Source: a virus (taxonomy: Duplodnaviria > Caudoviricetes). Taken from it: 50,596 nucleotides of DNA. The notes under the pieces are model-generated. The model searched no databases and was not told the DNA's origin. It was given only the letters and a program-made list of their open reading frames with translations. Positions 8,089-18,663 of this stretch are shown here, one piece after another; within the stretch, counting starts at the first letter, position 1, and every line of letters begins with the position of its first letter. The stretch covers positions 1-50,596 of IMG/VR virus record IMGVR_UViG_3300043499_000126; one strand, 5' to 3'. Position numbers and translations under genes: made by a program.

Positions 8089-9554
8089 TAGACGACACCC
8101 CGAGCCTTCCAAGAAACCAGATATGTAACACGATTGCCAGTGGAATCCAGAGCAAAGACCTTAAAACCGACAGGATTGGGTATATCCACGAAATCGTAAA
8201 TGATAGTAATCGGCTCGATAGAATCGCATGTTGCAGTGATTGAATTAACATCCTTGAACAACTTATTGAATTTTACAGGCGTTCCATTAGTATGGTCTAC
8301 AGGGAGACCATCAACATTATGAATACCACCTGCATAGGCAATAACTTCACCACCATCTACCTCTCGTTTGACGTCAAGAGTAGTGGTCAATACGGTACAC
8401 TCTGCTAGAGCTTTATCACTTGAGCCTGTGAACTCAAGCCTCATCTTCAAGTAACGGAAGATAGGAACGAATTGCGATGGACCAACTGGAAGTGCAGTAT
8501 AAACAACACCATCACTAGAGTAAGATAGCTTTACTAGAACAGTGACCTCTGGAACTATCTGAATCAGTTGATAAGTAACTGTAACGATTGTATTCTGAAT
8601 CTCTATTCCATAGTCGATAACTTCTTCATACCAACCCGTTGTGAGCGTAGGCTGGATGTAGATTGGATAGCCAGCATTGATCTGGTCCTGTGGTGTATTC
8701 CACGATCTATTTACAAAATGCTGCTGCCAAGTTATATTAGTATCAACACACGCAATGAGGCTTGGCGTATTGGAGCGCACAACATTAAATTTCGTGCCAT
8801 TCAATCCGCTAATCTTCGTATCTAGAAGTTGGTAATCTGGTGGGGTATTGACGGTTGTAGTAACCTCCCCTATCTCACTCACATTACCAGCTATGTCGAT
8901 TGCTTCTACTCCATAGGTGTAATCCCCTGCGACTGTTTCAAAGGTTGATACAAACGTAGCGCGAAGCGCACCGTAAAGATTGTCGTTCCGATATATACGA
9001 TAGCGGTCAATCGTGAAGCTAGTTGTAGGAACAGTCCAATTTAGAAGAACGTTGTTATCAATTACTGCAGCTGTCACAACTGGCTTACCGGGAGAGATAA
9101 TTGTAATAGTTAGGCTCGCAAAGTTTGGTGAGTAGTTACCGAACGTATCAATAGTCTTAATCAGAAAGAAGTATGATCCAGATGGAAGAGGATCAAGTAG
9201 TATAGAAAGGGATGGGGTGCGCGTCACGAATGACGCAGAATCCCAAATCAACTCACCTGATCTACGAATCTCGTATAGACGAGCCGAGGCATTCGGAGCT
9301 TCCCATGACAAGTGAATGCCATTGAGCTGAACCTGACCTACAAAGTTCAGAGGCTCAGGAGATAGCCCTGTTCCACCTCCACCAATGATAGGTCTTATTG
9401 CTTGCTCAAGTGGCGCAATGGTCTGATAGATTAGCTGTACGTCCTTGTTGACATCACGAAGGATCTCCTTAAGGATCAGGACAGATCTTTCGTCATTTCC
9501 AAGGGCATCTATCCTTGCATCACGCTGTGGCTTAATGGGATGTTGTATCGCCAT
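8088..9554 (-). CDS. Tail protein with fibronectin type III-like domains, ~488 aa
   Basis: Fn3-like patterns (IHLSWEAP...YEIRR, VLLNWTVP...YRIYR...YGVEAIDIAGNVS); start at ATG 9554 by TAATG overlap. Confidence 0.7.
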   Translation of the reverse strand: MAIQHPIKPQRDARIDALGNDERSVLILKEILRDVNKDVQLIYQTIAPLEQAIRPIIGGGGTGLSPEPLNFVGQVQLNGIHLSWEAPNASARLYEIRRSGELIWDSASFVTRTPSLSILLDPLPSGSYFFLIKTIDTFGNYSPNFASLTITIISPGKPVVTAAVIDNNVLLNWTVPTTSFTIDRYRIYRNDNLYGALRATFVSTFETVAGDYTYGVEAIDIAGNVSEIGEVTTTVNTPPDYQLLDTKISGLNGTKFNVVRSNTPSLIACVDTNITWQQHFVNRSWNTPQDQINAGYPIYIQPTLTTGWYEEVIDYGIEIQNTIVTVTYQLIQIVPEVTVLVKLSYSSDGVVYTALPVGPSQFVPIFRYLKMRLEFTGSSDKALAECTVLTTTLDVKREVDGGEVIAYAGGIHNVDGLPVDHTNGTPVKFNKLFKDVNSITATCDSIEPITIIYDFVDIPNPVGFKVFALDSTGNRVTYLVSWKARGVV

Positions 9555-11416
9555 TACTGAGGCCTTGTTAGCCAGAGTTGACGAACAAATACCCACATCT
9601 TAGTAATAGTCAGATACTCTCCATTGTTCTGTAATACACCTCGGATTGTAATCTTCTCGCTTTGCGCATTGAAAGTCCTCATTGGATATATACCTGGAGC
9701 TATAGTTAGAGGAATGCCAGGCAGGTTATAAACCTGTCCGCCATCCAGACTTGTCACTGTTAGCCTGAGATTTCCTGAACCATAGGCGCGCAGTCTTATA
9801 CCACCGTGGTGAAAGACCTCACCCTTGGAATCGACAGGTAATTCACCAGTTTCCCAACGTGTGACTATTGCAACGTCATAGTCATTATGCTGTGTGATGT
9901 CAAGCTTCCTGATATTACCACCCTGTGTTGCATACCTGAAGATAATGTCCTTTGATACGAGATCATTATCAAGACCCATTGATAATGGGTAATGTGGAAA
10001 TGTCCAGAGAGACCACCTGATGTTCTTGGAGTTCAAGCCCTGTGTATAATCACCAACCAGAATTGCATTGGTGAATGTCGAACCATCTAGTGGTAGAGAA
10101 ATGTAGACGATTTGGTTATCCGAGTCGATTGCAACCTGGATCTTCTGGAAGTAAATCTTGGTAACTCGCTGCCAGATGTCCTTGACTTTCCAGGTTATCT
10201 CCTCCTCGAAGTTACCTGTAAACATCATTAGACCTCGACGCGAGGCTACTAGGTATTTGTCTACTGTATTTGAGTTGCGCTCGAATATCTTTCCTACACC
10301 ATGACACTCAGTTCCAACTGAGCCATCTAGCAGAGGAACTTGCCAGAACAGAGGCTGGTCGTTAGTTCCTTGTGTTACGTAGCATCTGTTGGATTTGAGT
10401 ATATACAGCGAGGATCGGAACTCGACGCAGTTTCTGACGCCCCCTCCGACCGTTGGCTCAACTTGAGCGAATCCTTCAACAGCGTTAAAAGACTCGGGTT
10501 CTCCAGCCTTGGAGATACGAACTGTGGCTGGGTTAGCATCCTCTCCCCAGACAACCATGCTTCCCTGATACGCGGTAATCCCAACCCCGGCAGGGATAGT
10601 GGGTAGCTGCTCAAGGATATAGTCGGCCTGGTCGACGAGATCAGCGTCGAAGTAGGAGATAGATTTAGTCGTTGTAACGTTGTCTGCGATTCTCCCTTGT
10701 GGAACGAAGAACCATTCTGCATTCTGATAGTCCCCGTTGAAATCGTTTGTTGCAGGGTCTGCGATGTTCTTGGTAGTAAAAAGAATGCGAGCGATAGTGC
10801 CAGCCGGACCAATAGGAATATTAGAAACTTCGATTGTCTTGTCGCCTGTATTAGTGATGTTTGCGAAAGCACCGAACTGAGTGATGAAACTTGTAGCTGT
10901 CTCGAAACCTACAGCGATGGCATGGATTCCCATATCGACCTTGCCACCCGCACCTTCTACTAGAGTCACACCGGGTGTAGGAGTAATAGCGACACCTCCT
11001 GCTACCTTGGCCGCACCTGTGCCTGTATAGTAGTAGACGTTCTGACCTGGCATACCTGTTATCCCATTGTGTGGAGTAATGTATGCCCTGTCAAAAAAGG
11101 TCTCCATTGAAAAGTCTGTCATTCCGGGAATCTGTAGGATTGGGCCTTTAGCAAGGTCCGACGAGTCCCACAGATTCCCGTCACCAACTAGGATTAGAAG
11201 TCTTGATACCTGTCCTGTGATTTTGTAGACATGAAACCTGACTACCTCACCACAGGTTATATCTGTGACGGACCCCTCCCGAGTATAGAACCCAGACGGT
11301 TTGTACCGTAGATTCAGAGCGGTCTTAAAGTGATCGATAGGGATGGCTTCATCCGGGCCTCGATCAAAGAGACCGTTAAAATCTGGTATCGGGACGGGAA
11401 CGTGGTTCTCGATCAT
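9554..11416 (-). CDS. Tail nozzle / DNA-stabilisation protein (P22 gp10- or T7 gp12-like)
   Basis: 620-aa beta-rich protein shortly downstream of the adaptor gene; size and position typical of a podovirus nozzle. Confidence 0.6.
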   Translation of the reverse strand: MIENHVPVPIPDFNGLFDRGPDEAIPIDHFKTALNLRYKPSGFYTREGSVTDITCGEVVRFHVYKITGQVSRLLILVGDGNLWDSSDLAKGPILQIPGMTDFSMETFFDRAYITPHNGITGMPGQNVYYYTGTGAAKVAGGVAITPTPGVTLVEGAGGKVDMGIHAIAVGFETATSFITQFGAFANITNTGDKTIEVSNIPIGPAGTIARILFTTKNIADPATNDFNGDYQNAEWFFVPQGRIADNVTTTKSISYFDADLVDQADYILEQLPTIPAGVGITAYQGSMVVWGEDANPATVRISKAGEPESFNAVEGFAQVEPTVGGGVRNCVEFRSSLYILKSNRCYVTQGTNDQPLFWQVPLLDGSVGTECHGVGKIFERNSNTVDKYLVASRRGLMMFTGNFEEEITWKVKDIWQRVTKIYFQKIQVAIDSDNQIVYISLPLDGSTFTNAILVGDYTQGLNSKNIRWSLWTFPHYPLSMGLDNDLVSKDIIFRYATQGGNIRKLDITQHNDYDVAIVTRWETGELPVDSKGEVFHHGGIRLRAYGSGNLRLTVTSLDGGQVYNLPGIPLTIAPGIYPMRTFNAQSEKITIRGVLQNNGEYLTITKMWVFVRQLWLTRPQ

Positions 11417-11730
11417 TATCCGAACTTCGGGAATTCTACTTCCATTGTCACAACGTCGCCTGTCACACCAGCGGGGTATGCGGCTGCCGCGAGCTGTGCG
11501 CCACCTGGAGCGTAGACCAAGAGCTTACCAGTTGCAGCGTCGTACTTGAAATTGTGATCTCCCTTGCTCATAAAGCCGACCATCACTGCGTTCTTGGTCG
11601 TACCGGGCTTTACCAAACCAGTAGGGACTTCACCACCTGTAACGTAGCTCCCTGAGAATGTCAAGGTTCCCAGAATCCGCATCGAACGAAATCCTGGTTC
11701 CTTTGATGTCTGTGCGAATGCGATAGGCAT
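11416..11730 (-). CDS. Small virion structural protein
   Basis: 104 aa, beta-rich; strong RBS (AGGAGG); structural context. Confidence 0.6.
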   Translation of the reverse strand: MPIAFAQTSKEPGFRSMRILGTLTFSGSYVTGGEVPTGLVKPGTTKNAVMVGFMSKGDHNFKYDAATGKLLVYAPGGAQLAAAAYPAGVTGDVVTMEVEFPKFG

Positions 11731-11772
11731 TTGTCCTCCTGTTAGACGGGACTTTCCGATAGGCTGGACTAC

Positions 11773-12414
11773 CTACCGGCGCGCGCGTCTGCTTGCACCA
11801 TACGGTCTCCGACGAAACCTGACTCCTTGCTGATTTCTTATCTCTGCATTGATGAGCATCGCCAGCTCGGTATTTGCCTCGCTATTGAGAATCGATGCTC
11901 TTTCAGCGTTGGACGCTCCAAAGGCTGAGGCGTTGGCCGCGCACTTTGCAGAGAGATATGGCTTTGAAAGTAGAATCGAAATGTTGGTATTCTCGCCAAG
12001 GATTGGTGTCAGACCCTTTCGATACCTTAGTCTGATTTCTCGATCAATCCTTGGAGAATTGATCTTTAATCCTTCCTCTCTCCAGTTCCAATACATAATG
12101 GAATCTGCCTTGAGGCTTTGATCCCAGTCTGATTCTGTAACTGGAAAGAATCCGTCTGTTGATCCTAGAGCACGTTCTTCCATCGAGATGGCTTGAACAA
12201 AATCAGCAGGCAGAGCAATAGTTGGATCAATAGCAGTAACTGGAATGATAGCCGACACTTCCTTCAAGGCGCGCACACCATTGAGGAAGAGATGCAACTC
12301 TAGCGTCCCATATGCACGACGCAGATAGGGAAGCAATTGGGTATAACCCCAAGTGAGCTTGCCTGCGTCGTTCATCAACGCAGCGGCTTCGTCCATGATT
12401 TCACTGGCTAGCAT
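11773..12414 (-). CDS. Head-tail adaptor (tail tubular protein A-like)
   Basis: 213 aa with helical N- and C-termini around a beta middle (TIALPADF); between capsid and nozzle genes. Confidence 0.6.
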   Translation of the reverse strand: MLASEIMDEAAALMNDAGKLTWGYTQLLPYLRRAYGTLELHLFLNGVRALKEVSAIIPVTAIDPTIALPADFVQAISMEERALGSTDGFFPVTESDWDQSLKADSIMYWNWREEGLKINSPRIDREIRLRYRKGLTPILGENTNISILLSKPYLSAKCAANASAFGASNAERASILNSEANTELAMLINAEIRNQQGVRFRRRPYGASRRARR

Positions 12415-13051
12415 GTCTCACTTCTCCCGTGAACTGGAGAGTCTTGTAGATCTCTGGATTGATAATACAACCGCACTCTCGGCACACTGCAACCTTCTTG
12501 CTAATCGCAGTGCCGCAACCAGGACAATCCGTGATGTTCTCTGGCTTGAACTCAAGCGCCCACTCACGATTGAACTTCAGACGTCTCGCAGCAATACGCT
12601 GAACTTCAGTGATCATCCTGTGCTGATGATGCTTGGACCACTCGTCATCAGCAATGAAGATCAATCGCTTGAACCATTCGAGCTGCAGAGAATGCTCTCT
12701 GAAGATTCGTTCTTTCTGATCCTTATCTCGTTGAATCTCTTCGAGCGTCCATTCCCCTGGGACTGTCCAGAGTGCGGGCCGCGCCTCTTCGCTATAGAGG
12801 TATTGTCCATCGAGGAAGTCCCTGACCACAGAATCTGCCACCGTAATGGCAGGAGTTCTGATGGTCATTGAGCCTCGAAACTCATCAAGATAGACATGGA
12901 AGATACCTTCTCCAACCTTAAGAATCTTGGGCTGAAGCTCCTCTGTAGAAGCTTCAACCTGATAGATACTCGGGATGAGAGGCTTCTTCTCGAACACCGG
13001 AAGTGGAAAGAGACTTACGATTGTTGCCGTCGTCGCGAAATCTTTAGGCAT
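12401..13051 (-). CDS. Hypothetical protein with C-terminal zinc ribbon
   Basis: CPGCG...CRECG. Confidence 0.7.
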   Translation of the reverse strand: MPKDFATTATIVSLFPLPVFEKKPLIPSIYQVEASTEELQPKILKVGEGIFHVYLDEFRGSMTIRTPAITVADSVVRDFLDGQYLYSEEARPALWTVPGEWTLEEIQRDKDQKERIFREHSLQLEWFKRLIFIADDEWSKHHQHRMITEVQRIAARRLKFNREWALEFKPENITDCPGCGTAISKKVAVCRECGCIINPEIYKTLQFTGEVRHASQ

Positions 13052-13562
13052 CCTTTTTATCCTTTGGCATCTCTGGCACGACGATAGCTTCCTTGTTCTG
13101 AAGCATCGTCGCTATATAGGGTGATTCGTTGTCTAGAATTTCGTAGGCCTCTTCAACTTCCTTATCGAACTTTTGCTTGTCTTCGTCGTAATGGTCCTTG
13201 AGAGTTCTCTTAACTCCATGCTCAAGAGAATTCGCAATGAACATACAGACTTCAATATTGGGATTTTGTTCTGGCTCGAAAGCCCAGATGACCTCCCAAC
13301 CGTTCCAGTCCTTGACCTCTCGAGGCGCGTGACCGTCGAATCGAAAATACTTCTCAAGAACAAAGCAGCCCTTTAGGTAGGAATACTTTGGCAGCCGCGC
13401 TGTCTCTTCGCGCTCACCTGTATAGTTGCCAGAGCCGTCGACCAGTGTAAGAACACGATGACGAGTTTCAAATTCATCATCAGCCCAAGCGAGACGATAT
13501 CTGTTATTCCACTTGAGTTCGAGAGCTCTGTTGATTAGTGCTACTGCTTGCTTATCAATCAT
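13044..13562 (-). CDS. Hypothetical protein
   Basis: 172-aa ORF overlapping the next gene. Confidence 0.7.
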   Translation of the reverse strand: MIDKQAVALINRALELKWNNRYRLAWADDEFETRHRVLTLVDGSGNYTGEREETARLPKYSYLKGCFVLEKYFRFDGHAPREVKDWNGWEVIWAFEPEQNPNIEVCMFIANSLEHGVKRTLKDHYDEDKQKFDKEVEEAYEILDNESPYIATMLQNKEAIVVPEMPKDKKDA

Positions 13563-13569
13563 AAACTAA

Positions 13570-13599
13570 CGGGGAGAGACGAACTACCATCTCTCCCCG
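13570..13599 (-). terminator. Stem-loop after the major capsid gene (attenuator or weak terminator)
   Basis: Perfect 10-bp stem CGGGGAGAGA/TCTCTCCCCG followed by TTAGTTT on the minus strand. Confidence 0.55.
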
Positions 13600-13607
13600 A
13601 CCTCCAC

Positions 13608-14894
13608 TCAGTATCCGGCAGGAACGGCGAGGTTATCGACGTACGCGCACACCGCAGGATTCGTTACGTAGAGGTTGAACGAACCAACCACGTAGAAAAT
13701 CTGCGATGTCGCCACACCACCTGAAGTTCCACGAATCTCGAAGATCTTGCGACCATCGACCTCGTAGAAACCAGCAGGATGCATCTCCGCACGACCCCAG
13801 ACGGAACGCACGATGAAATCGATTCGTCGCTTGTCCCAGCTGTAGTGCTTGCGGATGCCGACTCCAGCAATCTGGAAGTTGTCGCCCTCACCGAAGTAGA
13901 GATCGACAGCCTGCTTGCCAGGAGTCTTGTTGATCATCATCACTGACTGGGCCATCTCTTCATAGGCCTGGACCTGACAGGGATGCATCCACGCTTCCGA
14001 CTTCGTGCCATGATCTTGACCGAGCCTGTCACCGATCTTATTCATGGCGAGTCGCGCATAGGGCAGGGCCAAGGCTGTCCCGTTTGCGTTGACCCGATTC
14101 GCACGAATCTCCGGGAACAAGGCTCGATCAAGTCCGAGCCACGATCCGGTTGATGCGTTCGAGATATGGTAAGGAACACCATATAGCGAGACCGGAGGCG
14201 TGGAAGCGAGACCCGAAACGACCAACTTGTCGCCAGGAACTGCCGGAGCAGCGACAGTGCCGTTGAACCTGACCTGCTTGTTCTGCAAGTCGAGCAGATC
14301 GATCGGAGCTTCACCGTTGACGCTACCACCGAGGGTGAAAGCTCTCCTCGTGGTGAGCGTGCTGTTGTACACTGACAGCAACTGCCCGTGACGCATCAGG
14401 CGCACACCGAAGCCATCAACGTCACAAGTGTATGTGTCCTTGTTGGCAGTGGTTGAGACCGCCGAGATAGTTCCCAACACGCCTGTGCCGTCTGAGGATA
14501 CGGCAAGGGCGTCAACTGCCCGACGGAACTCAACCATGCCAGAGGCAAGAAGCTTCTTGACCGACTGGACGACAGCCTTGCGCGCGTCATCAGTCGCCCA
14601 TTCAGTCTTCTTGTGCCATTCGATTGCGTGGCGCAAGTGAACCGTATTGATGACCGCCTTCTCGTAGGTCGGTCCTTCACCGCGTCCGAGGTCGCCGCCT
14701 GCGGGATCGAAATGGCCGAACCGTCCGCCGGGCCGAATCTCCAACGGGATACGCATATCCCGATTCGAGATCTGCTCGACTTCTCCCTTTTCGATCATGG
14801 AATAGAAAGTGTCTTCCTTGTCGAAGAGAACAGGGATCTTGGTTTTGACCTTCTCAAGCTCCGTGGCAGCTACCTGTGTTTCGTCCATTGCCAT
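13608..14894 (-). CDS. Major capsid protein
   Basis: 428 aa directly after the scaffold-like gene; strong RBS (AGGAG); downstream hairpin. Confidence 0.8.
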   Translation of the reverse strand: MAMDETQVAATELEKVKTKIPVLFDKEDTFYSMIEKGEVEQISNRDMRIPLEIRPGGRFGHFDPAGGDLGRGEGPTYEKAVINTVHLRHAIEWHKKTEWATDDARKAVVQSVKKLLASGMVEFRRAVDALAVSSDGTGVLGTISAVSTTANKDTYTCDVDGFGVRLMRHGQLLSVYNSTLTTRRAFTLGGSVNGEAPIDLLDLQNKQVRFNGTVAAPAVPGDKLVVSGLASTPPVSLYGVPYHISNASTGSWLGLDRALFPEIRANRVNANGTALALPYARLAMNKIGDRLGQDHGTKSEAWMHPCQVQAYEEMAQSVMMINKTPGKQAVDLYFGEGDNFQIAGVGIRKHYSWDKRRIDFIVRSVWGRAEMHPAGFYEVDGRKIFEIRGTSGGVATSQIFYVVGSFNLYVTNPAVCAYVDNLAVPAGY

Positions 14895-14906
14895 GACAGG
14901 TAACTC

Positions 14907-16178
14907 CTACCGAGACTTACTTTTCGGCGTATACTTGCCATTCAAGAAATCAATGTCGCTGGTCTTGTTCCAATTAACGTCCCTTGCCGAAGGGGTTTTA
15001 CCGGCAGAGACAGGACCGCGACCTGACGCTGGAATGTTAGTTCGCTTTGGCTGAGTCTCGATTGCTGGTTTTGCTGAATGTTGACTGACCTGAAGGCCTG
15101 CCTCAGCGCGGAGCTTCTGTCGAACCGATGGAATCAGAGACTTAGCGCCCCGCAAGTAGGCGTTTATGATTTCCTTGCGTGTCTCTTTTGGAAACCCGGT
15201 CGATTCTGCTTTGCGCCACAGAGCATTCATTTGACGAAGATGACGTGCATCTTTAGCTAGAAGTTGATCGACCTCTTGAAATATAGAATCCTTCAGAGTC
15301 TTTTTGAGGAAGGGAGATATCGACTTGTCGTTATCTATCCCTTTCGCGATTTCTTTGATTGTTTCTTCCCGACCTTCGCCGTAGCATTCGTTTGTGAAGT
15401 CTGCGGCTTTTTCTTGCCAGAATGCGTCGCGTTCCGCTTTGACCCGTGCCTCTGCTTCATTGGGAACCTCAGGCTTTCTGTCAAGGTTGGGGATCTCGGG
15501 CTTGCCGTAGAGATATTTTGCGATATGAAGTGCGGCATTCCGCAGATTGACGTTCTCAGTCCCCTCCGCGTCTCGGATAGCGCTCCTGAGAACATCGTTG
15601 ACTGCGGGCAGAGTTACCTCTGCATAAAGCTCCATCGACTTAGCCTTGATGGTAGGCAAGAAGTCTCTGGTTATTTTCTTGAAAGCTTCCTTGTCTCCCT
15701 GCTCAACGTCAGCAAGCAACTCCTTGATAGAACCACCAAGGATGGTACTTTCCAGACGATTGAAGTAGGTTGCCCGTTGAGCGGCATCTCGGGCATCCTC
15801 AGGTGTCGCAAATATCTCAGAATACGCACGGTCATTGCGTATTGTCTCAGCAAGCTTTGGAAAGTCCTTGAAGATAGTCGGAAACTTGGACTTGATGTCC
15901 TTAAAACGTAGTTGTCCTTCTGGAACTTCGGTGTCGTCTGTCTCGGGTTCAGGGGTTTTGGCAGCGACTTTTTCTTCTTCCTCGACAGGTTCTTCATCAA
16001 AGGTGACTTCTCCAGGCTCCTCGGTTGCAGGTTCTTCCTCTGTTACACCTGCTTCGTCAGAGGCCGGGGATTCGTCAGCTTCGTTCAGAATGTCAAGGTC
16101 AGACTTTGAATCAGAAGATCCAGAAGGACCACCAAGCACATCGGAGTCGTCAAACAGTAATTGAAACTTAGGGAACAT
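14907..16178 (-). CDS. Capsid scaffolding protein
   Basis: Acidic disordered N-terminus, helical body and basic C-terminus; between portal and capsid. Confidence 0.7.
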   Translation of the reverse strand: MFPKFQLLFDDSDVLGGPSGSSDSKSDLDILNEADESPASDEAGVTEEEPATEEPGEVTFDEEPVEEEEKVAAKTPEPETDDTEVPEGQLRFKDIKSKFPTIFKDFPKLAETIRNDRAYSEIFATPEDARDAAQRATYFNRLESTILGGSIKELLADVEQGDKEAFKKITRDFLPTIKAKSMELYAEVTLPAVNDVLRSAIRDAEGTENVNLRNAALHIAKYLYGKPEIPNLDRKPEVPNEAEARVKAERDAFWQEKAADFTNECYGEGREETIKEIAKGIDNDKSISPFLKKTLKDSIFQEVDQLLAKDARHLRQMNALWRKAESTGFPKETRKEIINAYLRGAKSLIPSVRQKLRAEAGLQVSQHSAKPAIETQPKRTNIPASGRGPVSAGKTPSARDVNWNKTSDIDFLNGKYTPKSKSR

Positions 16179-18663
16179 TTGCTACACCTCTAGGAGCTGG
16201 AATGTTTTCAGTATCTTTCGCTTTCGGTGGCGACCCTTGTTGTGGACCTTGACCTTGCTGTGGCGCACCGCCCTGCATCATCATCTGCTTCATCATCTCT
16301 TGCTGTTCCATTTCGATATGATTATGCAGGTGAGCGACTACGTTCATGTAGCCACCAGGATTGGTCATCTTCTGATCCATCCCGATTTCAGACACGCACC
16401 ATTCCTTGATAACTGCTATGTGAACCGAATGCTCATCAACGTCCATTTCAACAGGTATCGTTGATTCAAGGATTGGTGTGCCGTCCATGGGGTTGATACC
16501 CACAGGCTGCGGCTGACCTTGCAGTAGCTCGTAAATCTCATATAGCTGCTTACTTCTGTCTGCATCACCCGGCACTGTCAGTTCTGTGATACCAACAAGC
16601 TCAGCGACTGTGTGTCGGTTCTCAGGATGGAAAAGAGCCTCATTGAGTGCCTCATTGTTCAGTTCAAGCAGACGCATGATGATGTCACGCTTCTGTGCCC
16701 AAGCAAGAGGAAACTGCTCGCTGAGTTCTGGCTCGACCTGTCCAACCTCACCATTCATCTCTGCTTTGCGAATCCACACATTCACAAAGGAATTCTTGCC
16801 TTGCTGCTTGACAATCTTCTCGTCCGTCTTCATGTTTTTGGCATAGCCCTTTACGGCTTTGCTTTCCAAGTCCGTCCAGAAGAACGAGATCATCTTATAG
16901 ATTATCTGGAGTCTTTGCAAACCCTGAGCACGACTCATGCTGTATTCGGAGGCTGTGTCTGAGCCTCCTTGCATTGATCCTCCATACACGGACGGTACAG
17001 TTCCAAGTACAAACTGACCAGCAGTTTGTAGATCATCGTGGAACTCTTTGTGCTCTCTGGAGAGAAGAGCTGCCTTATTGGTATAAAAAGCCGCTCCAAT
17101 ATTCCCACCGACGGGTGCTTTGACAGGATATAGAGACCCAGGACTAACCTCCATCGATCTGTATTTCTGCAGATCAATGACAGAAGAATCCACGAATGTC
17201 TCTGGTATTCCGTGTCGGATTGTTTCGACAGTAAGCTGGAATACTTCATTGGTCATCTCTTGAATAGGAACGATAGGATTAGCATAAGGCTGTCCATGAA
17301 CGCGATCGAGAATAGGATCAACCGAGACGGTCCAATATTCGTCCATGTCTTCATCATTGACCTCTGCTAAGATGTCATTGATGTAGATTGCTCGTAGTCC
17401 GTTTGGAAACTGCTCTTTGAGAGCCAGAACGCGCTCGTCGTCCATCTTTCCAATCTTATTGAACATCCAGGGGCGGAGCCAAACCTGACGACAGGTGCAA
17501 ACTTCTTCGTCGGAGTCTGAGCCGACATTGCTTGGCGTGCGCGCCCATCGATCGTATCGTTCACTATCAGCAGTAGCAACGATTTTATCTGCAATATGAG
17601 GAAACTTCTCCTGCATTTCAGCAACATCGTGTTCGTCATTCAGAATGAGATAGCCAGACTGTTGGAGCGTCCTAGCCCGTGGCATGATCTGGACGTTGGT
17701 TGCGCCGTAAAGCTCAACGATCTGACGAGACTTCGGAACTGTCTCTTCCCAGTCAAGTTCCTGGGTAGGCTCTTCCTCTGTCTCAATCATCGGAGCTACG
17801 TTCGATCCACAGTTAGGACAAAGCTCTGCATTAGGTGGAGGAGGCTCCATCATTCCAACCAGAGGTTCAACAGGTTCCTCAGGAGGAGGAATCATCGCTT
17901 CGTCTGGGATGCCTTCCAATCCGAAAGCTTCCTCCTCCATCGCGTTCTCTACAGGGAGTGGCGCTGCTGGAGCTTCACTGTGAGGATTGGCATTGTTTTC
18001 GATGGAGGTCTCAGCTCCTTCTGGAACAGGCATCTCTTCGAGAGGCGGTAAGCTGTTCATCGGTTGAACAGCTAGATCCTCTCCACACTCTGGGCACAGT
18101 CTCAGCTCATTCTTAATCACACCTTCACGGAAATGCTGAACTGTCTCTGTACCGTACTTGGAATTCTGGTCGTTGAACGTGTATGCAGCTATGATCCCTT
18201 GGTTATATAAGAGACCAATAGCTTTCATGAAAAGAAAAGGAGCTTTGTTATGCTTCCTTATTAATTCAGCGAGGCGCGTGTAAGCCTGAGCAGTGTAAAT
18301 GTCGCTAGCTTGATCGGCGTCGGAGGGATAAAAACGAGTTGCCGGTATTGCCTGAGAGATTGCAGATATGATAACTTCACCGTGGGCTTTGTAGATGTTG
18401 ACGATTTTGTTTTCGATGTCTGCTTCTTCGGCGTAGTCATAGTCCTCATCATAGTTCTCCGAGATGAATCTCCAGTCATGCGCGACTTCAGAGAAGTAGA
18501 TACCTTGCATCCCTTCCCAGAAGAACTCGTTCCGCTTGTAGACTTTCATCATGCGGTCGCGCGCGAACTGGTCCCTCGAATCTATCTGGAGAATGATAGA
18601 GTCCAGAGCTTGCTTAAGCTCGGCCGAGAGGATTTCGTCTTCCGGGTCGACGTTATTCGTCAT
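16168..18663 (-). CDS. Portal protein with an inserted zinc-ribbon/Pro-Glu segment
   Basis: 831 aa upstream of scaffold and capsid; portal-like N-terminal helix; Gln/Met/Pro-rich C-terminal tail; CPECG...CPNCG insertion. Confidence 0.75.
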   Translation of the reverse strand: MTNNVDPEDEILSAELKQALDSIILQIDSRDQFARDRMMKVYKRNEFFWEGMQGIYFSEVAHDWRFISENYDEDYDYAEEADIENKIVNIYKAHGEVIISAISQAIPATRFYPSDADQASDIYTAQAYTRLAELIRKHNKAPFLFMKAIGLLYNQGIIAAYTFNDQNSKYGTETVQHFREGVIKNELRLCPECGEDLAVQPMNSLPPLEEMPVPEGAETSIENNANPHSEAPAAPLPVENAMEEEAFGLEGIPDEAMIPPPEEPVEPLVGMMEPPPPNAELCPNCGSNVAPMIETEEEPTQELDWEETVPKSRQIVELYGATNVQIMPRARTLQQSGYLILNDEHDVAEMQEKFPHIADKIVATADSERYDRWARTPSNVGSDSDEEVCTCRQVWLRPWMFNKIGKMDDERVLALKEQFPNGLRAIYINDILAEVNDEDMDEYWTVSVDPILDRVHGQPYANPIVPIQEMTNEVFQLTVETIRHGIPETFVDSSVIDLQKYRSMEVSPGSLYPVKAPVGGNIGAAFYTNKAALLSREHKEFHDDLQTAGQFVLGTVPSVYGGSMQGGSDTASEYSMSRAQGLQRLQIIYKMISFFWTDLESKAVKGYAKNMKTDEKIVKQQGKNSFVNVWIRKAEMNGEVGQVEPELSEQFPLAWAQKRDIIMRLLELNNEALNEALFHPENRHTVAELVGITELTVPGDADRSKQLYEIYELLQGQPQPVGINPMDGTPILESTIPVEMDVDEHSVHIAVIKEWCVSEIGMDQKMTNPGGYMNVVAHLHNHIEMEQQEMMKQMMMQGGAPQQGQGPQQGSPPKAKDTENIPAPRGVANVP

